A stretch of DNA of 61,469 nt from Eubacteriales bacterium (GTDB lineage: Bacteria > Bacillota > Clostridia > Oscillospirales > CAG-272), in contig JAZTWO010000041.1 in NCBI GenBank assembly GCA_045635885.1, positions 1 through 61,469 on the forward strand, given 5' to 3'. A program made the translations under genes and the position numbers. The notes beneath the pieces were generated by a model. It made no database searches. It saw nothing but the letters and a program-made list of their open reading frames with translations, and was not told where the DNA came from. Shown here one piece after another: positions 9,502 through 17,689 of this stretch; positions within the stretch are counted from its first letter, which is position 1, and each line of letters begins with the position of its first letter.

Positions 9502-11445
9502 TTAAATGTTCATAATGATAGGCAAAATCATTGGTCTGCGTTTGTTTTTTGCATACACATATTTTGCTAAATCGTCCTTCAATTTCGTCTTTAAAGCAAC
9601 TCTGTCTGCAAATCTTGAATTGTCAAAATATTGCTCGATTGAGTTCTCCGCAACTCCCTTGATTTCACCCATAAGCTCTTCTGCCTCTCGGACGTAAACG
9701 AAACCACGGGAAACAACGTCGGGCCCCGAAATAAGAAGCTTTGCATCAAGGTCAACACCTACAACCACAACGATAAGTCCATCCTGTGAAAGATGACGTC
9801 TGTCACGCAAAACGATATTGCCGATTTCACCAACGCTATTACCGTTTACAAGCACCTTGCCTGCAGGAACGGTTTCAACAAATCTTGCGCCTGAAGACGA
9901 AATTTCAAGCACCTTGCCAATGTCAGAGATAAAAATATCCCTTTCTGCCATTCCCATTTCAAGCGCAAGCTCACGATTGGCATTCAAGTGGCGATATTCA
10001 CCGTGAACAGGCATAAAATATCTCGGTTTTAAAAGTGCCTGCATCAGCTTCAGCTCTTCCCTGCACGCATGTCCCGAAACGTGAACGCTTGTAAGCGTAT
10101 CGTGAAGCACAGTTACACCGTTTTTAGTAAGCTCGTTTATAATTCTGCTTATCAACTTCTCGTTGCCGGGAATTGGGCTTGACGAGAGAATTACCACGTC
10201 ACTTCTTCCAATTGTCACCTCACGGTGATCGGAAAACGCCATTCTGTAAAGCGCACTCATGGGTTCACCCTGTGAGCCGGTTGTTACAATGGTTAATTGG
10301 TCAGGACGGAATCTCTTAATTTCAGAAATATCAATCAAAACTCCCTGTGGGATATTCATATATCCAAGCTCGGTTGCAGCCCCCACAACATTGAGCATGC
10401 TGCGACCCGTGATGGCAACCTTTCTGCCGTGACGTGCGCTTACATCAATAACCTGCTGAACACGGTGAACGTTTGAAGAAAAGGTTGCAATTACTATTCT
10501 CTTATCCTTTTGAGTTGAGAAAATATATTCAAGAGATTTGCCAACCTTTCGCTCGCTTGGAGTATATCCCTCTCTTTCTGCGTTTGTGCTTTCACACATA
10601 AGAAGTTCAATTCCCTCTTTTCCAAGTTCACCAAGTCGGGTTATATCCATAACCTCGCCGTCAATGGGAGTAAGGTCGAGCTTGAAATCACCCGTGTGGA
10701 AAAGTTTGCCTTGCGGTGTGTCGATACAAAGCGCACACGCATCTGCAATTGAGTGGTTAACGTGGATAAATTCAACCGCAAAATTCGTTCCGATTTTTAC
10801 TGTGTCGCCTGCGCTAACCACCTTTAAATCCGCATTAAAGGGCAATTTGTGTTCAAGGAGCTTATTCTTGATGATTCCAAGTGTTAAAAGTGTGCCGTAA
10901 ACCGGCACGTTCACTTCACGAAGAAGATACGGAATGCCTCCGATATGGTCCTCGTGACCGTGGGTTAAAACAATGGCACGAACCTTGTCGATATTATCCT
11001 TAAGATAAGTGAAATCGGGAATTACAAGGTCAATTCCAAGCATATCCTCGTCGGGAAAACCAAATCCGCAGTCGATAACGATAATATCCTCGCCACACTC
11101 GATTGCGGTTATATTTTTCCCGATTTCATTGAGTCCCCCAAGCGGAATTATACGCACCTTGGCAGAAGGATTTTTCTTAACCACAGGTCTGTTTTCCGAC
11201 TTTTTCTCAAATTTTGCACGTTTTATTTCGTTGCGCTTTTTGTTTTTCTCACTTTGATGGCTCTTTTTTTCCACCTTGCTTGACTTAACTTCGTTTTTTG
11301 TACTTTCTACTGCTTCTTCTTGAAGCTTGGCAAGTTTTTCCCTGACGTTCTTTTTAGAAAGCTGTTTCTTTTTGCCATCTTTTTTTCTCTTATGAACGGG
11401 AGCTTTAACCTTCTCCACAATCTCATTATTTTGCTTTTTAGCCAA
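9502..11445 (-). CDS. rnj: Ribonuclease J with Lys-rich N-terminal extension (probable TTG start)
   Basis: PLGGLNEIGKN, HGHEDHIG, TGDFK, TGSQGEP, HVSGH and PVHGE motifs; RBS AAGGAAG before TTG 11445. Confidence 0.93.
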   Translation of the reverse strand: MAKKQNNEIVEKVKAPVHKRKKDGKKKQLSKKNVREKLAKLQEEAVESTKNEVKSSKVEKKSHQSEKNKKRNEIKRAKFEKKSENRPVVKKNPSAKVRIIPLGGLNEIGKNITAIECGEDIIVIDCGFGFPDEDMLGIDLVIPDFTYLKDNIDKVRAIVLTHGHEDHIGGIPYLLREVNVPVYGTLLTLGIIKNKLLEHKLPFNADLKVVSAGDTVKIGTNFAVEFIHVNHSIADACALCIDTPQGKLFHTGDFKLDLTPIDGEVMDITRLGELGKEGIELLMCESTNAEREGYTPSERKVGKSLEYIFSTQKDKRIVIATFSSNVHRVQQVIDVSARHGRKVAITGRSMLNVVGAATELGYMNIPQGVLIDISEIKRFRPDQLTIVTTGSQGEPMSALYRMAFSDHREVTIGRSDVVILSSSPIPGNEKLISRIINELTKNGVTVLHDTLTSVHVSGHACREELKLMQALLKPRYFMPVHGEYRHLNANRELALEMGMAERDIFISDIGKVLEISSSGARFVETVPAGKVLVNGNSVGEIGNIVLRDRRHLSQDGLIVVVVGVDLDAKLLISGPDVVSRGFVYVREAEELMGEIKGVAENSIEQYFDNSRFADRVALKTKLKDDLAKYVYAKNKRRPMILPIIMNI

Positions 11446-11613
11446 TAAATACACTTCCTTTCTATATGTAAATTTGCGCACAAAGAAGGACCGCATATAA
11501 ATGCGGTTTTTTGCTATGAAAACGCCTTTTTGCTCACTTTTTAATCACGGACTAACACGACCACACCGCTAAAAAAGTGAAGGCGTTTTTTATACGCACG
11601 TTTCATCATAACC

Positions 11614-11642
11614 ATTATACCTTAAAACGAAATAAATGTCAA
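11614..11642 (-). promoter_or_regulatory. Sigma-A promoter of rnj
   Basis: Perfect TTGACA-17-TATAAT on the minus strand. Confidence 0.8.
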
Positions 11643-11715
11643 TAGAATTTAATCGACAGTTTTTTACAAGCAAAATGGTATTTTTGCCACAATTTTCCAA
11701 ATTTTGCATTCGGTA

Positions 11716-11744
11716 TTGACATTTTTTGACAATTGGTGTATAAT
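11716..11744 (+). promoter_or_regulatory. Sigma-A promoter of the abrB-like gene
   Basis: Perfect TTGACA-17-TATAAT. Confidence 0.8.
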
Positions 11745-11798
11745 GGCATCATAAAAGCTCAGCTTTTATTTTCGTTATAAAAAAAGGAGATGTAAAAT

Positions 11799-12041
11799 AT
11801 GAAAACTACAGGAATGACAAGACCAATTGACCACCTTGGAAGAGTGGTTATACCGATTGAAATTCGTGAAAGCTTGAATATCAAGCCCAAAGACCTTTTG
11901 GAAATTTCTGTTCAGGGGAACAAGATAGTTTTGAAAAGAAGCTGCGAGGTTTGCATCTTTTGTGACAACACAAAGGACCTTGTTGACTTTGCCGGCAAAA
12001 AGGTTTGTCCCTGTTGTATTGAAAAGCTTACAAATAAATAA
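11799..12041 (+). CDS. abrB: AbrB-family transition-state regulator
   Basis: MKTTGMTRPIDHLGRVVIPIEIR, plus CIFC and CPCC in the C-terminal domain; RBS AAGGAG; terminator 12057-12085. Confidence 0.88.
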   Translation: MKTTGMTRPIDHLGRVVIPIEIRESLNIKPKDLLEISVQGNKIVLKRSCEVCIFCDNTKDLVDFAGKKVCPCCIEKLTNK

Positions 12042-12160
12042 TCAAACATTTATTTCAAAAAGCCGAGTTTATGCTCGGTTTTTTTGTTTTTCTTTTAATA
12101 AGTTTAATATTACCATTGATTTTTAGTTAATTTTATAGTATAATATACAATGGTATATAA

Positions 12161-12724
12161 TTGTTATATACAAAAATGCGAAAGGATGTGAAAAACTTGC
12201 GTGGTGTTGAGTCTGCAAGGGCTAAAATAATTTTACACAAATGCGCCTTTTACGGCGCGGCACTATTCATTATTGGCGTGCTTCAAACAACGTTTTTCAC
12301 AAAAATTAACGTTTGGGGCGCAACCCCCGACCTTTTGCTTGCGGCACTTGCCGCACTGGCTCTTTATGAGGATGGCAGAGTGGTTTCGATTTGCGGAATC
12401 ATTTCGGGTGTATTCTACTGTGCGCTTGGCGGTTTTTCAATTCCCTTTTACATCATTTTCTCATTTTTAAGCGCATACGCTTTATACATTGTTGCAGAAA
12501 ACGGAGTTCCAAAAAGACATTTTTCGTTTTTTGCTTTAGCAATTTTAGCTTTTGGTGCAAAGGCGATTTTCAATTTGGCAGATATTTCGTTGGCGGCACA
12601 CAGCTTTGGTGTGATTAAAGCAACAACCAATATAATTATTCCCGAATTCGTTTCGTCTATGATTTTTTCTCCCATCTCATATTTAATATTTTTCACTTTG
12701 ACACGAATAATCAATAAAAAATAA
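12161..12724 (+). CDS. mreD: MreD-like rod-shape membrane protein (start uncertain, possibly TTG 12197)
   Basis: LQTT...GATPDLLL motif, several TM helices, near PBP2. Confidence 0.6.
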   Translation: MLYTKMRKDVKNLRGVESARAKIILHKCAFYGAALFIIGVLQTTFFTKINVWGATPDLLLAALAALALYEDGRVVSICGIISGVFYCALGGFSIPFYIIFSFLSAYALYIVAENGVPKRHFSFFALAILAFGAKAIFNLADISLAAHSFGVIKATTNIIIPEFVSSMIFSPISYLIFFTLTRIINKK

Positions 12725-12738
12725 AAGGAAGGCACTAT

Positions 12739-13776
12739 ATGTTTGACAATTTTGACAATGATTTTAATGAAATTCCAATGACTGATGCAGAAATCAAATC
12801 ACACAAAAAAACCTTTTCAAATCTCTGCTTCTCACTTTTGGCGTATTGGCTAATAATCGAGGTTGTTGCAATAATCGTTTCATTCATCTTGGGAAATTAC
12901 GCCCCAAACGTTTTGCAAAATTACAACGTAAATTTATTTATTAGCTTAACAATTCAATATGCAATAGCATTCCCCATTTTTTATCTTATGTTAAAGAAAA
13001 TTCCCGAAACTGTGCAGATTGAAAAAAGAAAACTCAAATTTAGGGAATTTGCTAAATATACCCTTATCGTATGCTTTGCAATGTACGTTGGCAACACAAT
13101 TTCAAGTGTATTGATTGATGCAGTTCAAAATCTTCTTGGCAAAGCTCCCGAAAACCAAGTTAGCACATTACTTGACAACACAAATGTTATTATATCCGTT
13201 ACATTGGCAGGCATTGTTGGTCCTATTTTTGAGGAAATTATGTTCAGAAAGCTTTTGGTTAAAAAGCTGATGCCATATGGCGACCTTGTGGCAATCATTT
13301 TCCCGTCACTTCTTTTCGCTCTTTTCCATCAAAATCTTTATCAGATGTTCTATGCGTTTTTGATCGGCGCTTCTCTTTCATACGTTTATATTAAGTCGGG
13401 AAAAATCATTTACACAATGATTTTGCACGTTTTCATTAATCTTTTCTTCGGCGTTATTCCCTCGATTGTAATCGGTTCATTCGACTATCAAGCATTTGTC
13501 GAATTGTTTAACTCAGAAAACGTTGAAGCTATTACCGACTTCGTTATGGCAAATCTTGGAGCATTACTCTTTATTGCAATTTATGATTTGGTTTACTATG
13601 GTCTTGCAATAGGCGGCGCTGTCATTTTTGGTATAAACATTCGCAAGGTAATTTTGAACAAGGGAACAGTTAAATTTCCCAAGGGCACTGCCGCAGACAT
13701 CATTTTCTTTAATATCGGAACAATACTTTTAATTGCAACTCTTGTTTTGATGACTGCAATTAATACGTTCAGTTAA
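12739..13776 (+). CDS. CPBP/CAAX (Abi) family intramembrane metalloprotease
   Basis: PIFEEIMFR, FALFH and ILHVFIN motifs; multiple TM helices. Confidence 0.88.
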   Translation: MFDNFDNDFNEIPMTDAEIKSHKKTFSNLCFSLLAYWLIIEVVAIIVSFILGNYAPNVLQNYNVNLFISLTIQYAIAFPIFYLMLKKIPETVQIEKRKLKFREFAKYTLIVCFAMYVGNTISSVLIDAVQNLLGKAPENQVSTLLDNTNVIISVTLAGIVGPIFEEIMFRKLLVKKLMPYGDLVAIIFPSLLFALFHQNLYQMFYAFLIGASLSYVYIKSGKIIYTMILHVFINLFFGVIPSIVIGSFDYQAFVELFNSENVEAITDFVMANLGALLFIAIYDLVYYGLAIGGAVIFGINIRKVILNKGTVKFPKGTAADIIFFNIGTILLIATLVLMTAINTFS

Positions 13777-13810
13777 TAACACTTTTTTTAGAAAGGAGAG
13801 TGGGTTATTT

Positions 13811-15820
13811 ATGAAAAAACAGAATACTATGCCAAAAAGATATATAATCCTGCTCTCTGCATTTGCGCTTGTATGCTTTGTTTTTTCGGCTCGTCTTATC
13901 AATTTGCAATTCAACAAAAGTCAAACCGAAGACTTGCGTGCAAAAAGCGAATATACAACCGAAACCCAAGTTATTCAAGCATTAAGAGGTAATATTTGTG
14001 ACAGAAACGGTAAGGTGCTTGTTACAACCTCCTATGCCTATGACATTGTTTTGGACTATAACAAAATGTCCGACAATTTTATTGAGTTCAATAATTCCAT
14101 TTTGGCAGTTCTTGATGCGCTTGACGAAACTCAAAACAACGAATACCGTGCTTCAGACCTATTCCCTTTTGTTGGGGAATATCCAAATTATTCTTATTCC
14201 GAAGAGGCATTGACAAAAGGTAGTGCGACATACAACGCCCTTAACAAAATGCTGAAGGAATTGGAGCTTGAAAACATTAGCGCAAAGGAATTGACCGAAT
14301 ATTTCGTTAAACGTTGGAAGTTTAATCGACTTGACGAAAATTCAAATCCGATTTTTTCTGATGATGACATTGGCAGACTTATTCGCATTAGATATGATAT
14401 GTTAAGATGTCAATTCAGTTCAACCAATCCATACACAGTGGCAAAGGGTGTTGATATTTCGTTTTTGACTTATATCAAGGAATTATCCATTGTTGGTGTT
14501 GCAGATAGAATAAGCTCAAAAAGAACCTATATGTACCCGGGATATGCCTCACACATTCTTGGCAGAGTTGGTTCTATAACTGCAGAAACCTGGGATTATT
14601 ACAAGTCCCTTGGCTATGGCATCAACGACATTGTTGGCATTGATGGATGTGAAAATGAATTTGAAGAATATTTGCGTGGCAAGGATGGCGTTCTTACCAT
14701 CACCCGAAACGGCGAGGGCGAGATCGTTAAAGAAGAAATCACCGTTGCTCCCATTGCGGGCAAGGACGTTTGGCTTACAATTGACATTGACGTTCAAATT
14801 GCCGCAGAGGATGCGCTTGCAAGCTATATGAAAACCTATGAAAAAAATTCAGGGGCAAGCATTGCCATTGACCCCAACACCGGTGACGTGCTTGCGATTG
14901 CTTCGTATCCCACATACAATCTTTCAACATTTTCGGCAGATTATAATTCACTTGCATCAAACCAAGATCTGCCACTTTTGAACAGAGCGCTTAACGCAAC
15001 TTATGCGCCCGGCTCTACATACAAGGTGGCAGTTGCATTGGCGGCTTTGCAAGAGGGCGCTATCACCAATAGCACTTGCTTTACTTGTAATCACGGTTAC
15101 AAAAATCATAATTTGAGTATTGGTTGCAACAACCACAATTCATATCACACAAGCAATTTGAATGTGATTGAGGCGTTGACCTACTCTTGCAACGCATTCT
15201 TTATTGAGGCGGGGCTTGACAATCTTGATATTGACACAATGACCGAATATTGCAAGGCATTGGGACTTGGTCAAAGCTCCGGCATTGAGCTTAGTGAAAA
15301 AATAGGTCAAATTGCTCATCCCGATAATACTTCAGATTGGCTTTTGTACGAAGAAGCATCTTCATATATCGGTCAGTCAATTCACAAGTACACCCCCTTG
15401 CAGGTTACTTCATATATCGCAACTGTTGCAAACGGCGGAACTCGTTATGCGGCTCACTTGCTTCATTCGGTTAGAACATTTTCAGGCGAGGTTGTTTATG
15501 AATACACCCCCACGGTGTTAAGCACACTCACAATTTCAGCTAACAATCTCAACACAATAAAGCTTGGTATGAAGAGTATGGTTGACAATTCATCAACAGT
15601 TGCTTTAAATATGTACACAAAATATAAAATCGACGTTACCGTGTGTGGAAAGTCAGGTACTGCGCAGATTGGTAACAACAAGCAAAATTGTTGGTTCACT
15701 GCATTTGCACCAATGGAAAATCCCAAAATTGCCGTGACCTCGATTATCGAGAACGGAAGCACGGGCGCTTCGGTTTCGGATATTGATGCGGCAGTAATTG
15801 CGGCTTATTTGAATAGATAA
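13811..15820 (+). CDS. mrdA: Class B penicillin-binding protein (PBP2/MrdA-like)
   Basis: TM anchor, RGNICDRNG, APGSTYK (SxxK), SCN and KSGTAQ. Confidence 0.85.
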   Translation: MKKQNTMPKRYIILLSAFALVCFVFSARLINLQFNKSQTEDLRAKSEYTTETQVIQALRGNICDRNGKVLVTTSYAYDIVLDYNKMSDNFIEFNNSILAVLDALDETQNNEYRASDLFPFVGEYPNYSYSEEALTKGSATYNALNKMLKELELENISAKELTEYFVKRWKFNRLDENSNPIFSDDDIGRLIRIRYDMLRCQFSSTNPYTVAKGVDISFLTYIKELSIVGVADRISSKRTYMYPGYASHILGRVGSITAETWDYYKSLGYGINDIVGIDGCENEFEEYLRGKDGVLTITRNGEGEIVKEEITVAPIAGKDVWLTIDIDVQIAAEDALASYMKTYEKNSGASIAIDPNTGDVLAIASYPTYNLSTFSADYNSLASNQDLPLLNRALNATYAPGSTYKVAVALAALQEGAITNSTCFTCNHGYKNHNLSIGCNNHNSYHTSNLNVIEALTYSCNAFFIEAGLDNLDIDTMTEYCKALGLGQSSGIELSEKIGQIAHPDNTSDWLLYEEASSYIGQSIHKYTPLQVTSYIATVANGGTRYAAHLLHSVRTFSGEVVYEYTPTVLSTLTISANNLNTIKLGMKSMVDNSSTVALNMYTKYKIDVTVCGKSGTAQIGNNKQNCWFTAFAPMENPKIAVTSIIENGSTGASVSDIDAAVIAAYLNR

Positions 15821-15832
15821 TAAAACAAATGA

Positions 15833-16231
15833 AAAATTGGGATTTATCGAGTAGTTACAAAGATAAAAAGGTCGCTTTTGAAAAAGCTCCGCAAAACTTT
15901 TAAACGTGGGAGTTAAATTAATCTGCGCAAATTGTGTCAATAAATTGACACATAACGTTTTTCTCGCCATTTTAACAGGCGGCTCGAAAAACTGTAATTT
16001 GCTAATACAAACTATAGACATTTTGCTATCAAAACGGCTACGTGCAGAGTAGCAAGGCGCGGTTTTTGTTGCATTTATGCAATAAAAACGAGTGTGACGA
16101 GCGCGAAGAAGTGAGTCACGCGCATTGCGCGAAATTTGTTTACCATAACACGATTAAAAGTTTTTTGCGAGCTTTTTTTCAAAAAAGCGAAAATTTTTAT
16201 CTTTGTAACTTTTCCTATAAATCAAAATTTG
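15833..16231 (+). mobile_element. Structured non-coding repeat element, copy B (complete)
   Basis: About 400 nt with ~95-nt imperfect terminal inverted arms and AAAT-N4-ATTT boxes at both ends; homologous to rc(1-416). Confidence 0.75.
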
Positions 16232-16252
16232 ATACTAGTAAATAATAACACA

Positions 16253-16287
16253 AAAAAGGCGCAATTTCAAGTGAATTGCGCCTTTTT
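16253..16287. terminator. Bidirectional terminator
   Basis: AAAAAGGCGCAATTT-caagt-GAATTGCGCCTTTTT. Confidence 0.8.
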
Positions 16288-16293
16288 ATTATT

Positions 16294-17112
16294 TTATTTT
16301 CTTTTCAATTTGCCAATCACGCGTCCAACGCAGCTAACGTCTTCAAAATCCTTAAGAAGAATATCACCATACATTGAATTTATAGAGATGAGACGGTCGC
16401 CACCGTAAATTTTGAAATATCCGTTTCCGTCAAGAATGAATATACCAAGCTCACCGACCTCAACATAGTCGGAATTAGCCACCAAAAGAACGTCGCCATC
16501 ACGATATTTTGGCTCCATACTGTTACCGCTAATACGAAGAGCAAAATCCGCCTCACGAGTTCTTTCGTTATCGGGAATCATAATGTCATCACTTGCAGGC
16601 GACTCAACAAACACACCAACACCTGCAGAAACAGGCATATCAAAAAGAGCGATGGCACGTTTTCCAAGTCCACGGTTTTGAGCAAGCTCACGAGCAGAAA
16701 TTTTTGTGCTTGGAGCAGCAATGGGAGAAAGAATTTTTGTTCCCTTTTCTTTAACCTCAACAGAATGATCTTGATATGGCGCTCTTGCAACTCTTTCTTT
16801 TTCTTTGTCAAGAACGAGTGTAACAAGCTCCTTACCATGTGAATCGAGCGCACGATAATTTTCAATAAGGTGCATTTCGCCACGGTCAAGAGTGAAATTA
16901 TTGGTGTTTTCAGGCACACCGTTTACAACGTATTCAAGCGAAGTGTCAAGCGCATCACAAATAGCCACGATATTTGAAAGCTTGGGACTATCACTAATTC
17001 CCGCAAGAATTTTAGAAAGTGTTCCAAGGGGAATTCCCGTCATTTCAGAGAGCATGTCGTTAGTTATTTTCTTTTCGCTTTTAAGAAGCTTTATTCTATC
17101 AATATAATCCAT
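16294..17112 (-). CDS. XRE-HTH plus peptidase S24 repressor (cI/LexA-like); start revised from 17136
   Basis: N-terminal XRE HTH, VSAG cleavage site, ISGNSMEP catalytic Ser, YFK catalytic Lys; RBS AAAGGAG; promoter TTTACA-17-TATAAT at 17155-17183. Confidence 0.88.
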   Translation of the reverse strand: MDYIDRIKLLKSEKKITNDMLSEMTGIPLGTLSKILAGISDSPKLSNIVAICDALDTSLEYVVNGVPENTNNFTLDRGEMHLIENYRALDSHGKELVTLVLDKEKERVARAPYQDHSVEVKEKGTKILSPIAAPSTKISARELAQNRGLGKRAIALFDMPVSAGVGVFVESPASDDIMIPDNERTREADFALRISGNSMEPKYRDGDVLLVANSDYVEVGELGIFILDGNGYFKIYGGDRLISINSMYGDILLKDFEDVSCVGRVIGKLKRK

Positions 17113-17138
17113 AAGTGTTCTCCTTTCACTTATCAAAT

Positions 17139-17376
17139 TTCCTTTTGTGGAATTATTATATCACACATTTTTCCATTTGTAAAGACATTTTTGAAAATTT
17201 TTAAAATATTTTTCCATTTTTAGAAAAAACCTATTGACAAACGGTGTCGTTTGTGGTATTATAAGGTCACAACAGTTCCAAATTAAGAAAAAGGAGATTT
17301 ACTATGAACGCTACATATCACTACAAAACAGGTAGAAATAATATAACTTTCGATAAGGGAAATTCCAAAAAAGGAA
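17139..17376. promoter_or_regulatory. Divergent promoters with five TTCC-N6-GGAA operator-like palindromes
   Basis: Boxes at 17139-52, 17212-25, 17276-89, 17348-61 and 17363-76; rightward promoter TTGACA-17-TATTAT at 17234-17262. Confidence 0.65.
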
Positions 17377-17642
17377 ACTTCAAACCCTTTGTTCGCAAGC
17401 AGCCCGCATACGTTGAATTTGCAGATAAATGCCTTTCATTTATTGATATGGTTCTTGAATTTCTCTGCTCTGCCCGTGTCATAGTTGCGGCAAAAGCATT
17501 CTTTTCATTTGCGGTTTTGCTCGGCTTTTTGGGAATTATCGGCGGCATCGAAATTGGCACAATATCCCTTGTTTCAGGCATCACATGTCTTTCATTAATT
17601 ATTGCACTTGAGTTTGTAATTTTAAGAGAAGAAAAATTTTAA
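17304..17642 (+). CDS. Small membrane protein (basic N-terminus, two C-terminal TM helices), function unknown
   Basis: RBS AAGGAG, own promoter and terminator (17649-17682), hydrophobic C-terminal half. Confidence 0.75.
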   Translation: MNATYHYKTGRNNITFDKGNSKKGNFKPFVRKQPAYVEFADKCLSFIDMVLEFLCSARVIVAAKAFFSFAVLLGFLGIIGGIEIGTISLVSGITCLSLIIALEFVILREEKF

Positions 17643-17689
17643 TAAACAAAAAACACCACGGCAAAAACGCCGTGGTGTTTTTATTTTAT

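Noticed and set aside
15653-16408. ORFs 15653-16021, 16042-16245 and 16136-16408 as cargo genes of the element
   Set aside because: No RBS, not retained as ORFs in copy A, and two overlap real genes on the opposite strand.
16294-17642. Prophage
   Set aside because: No integrase, cro, replication, structural or lysis genes, and no att repeats seen.
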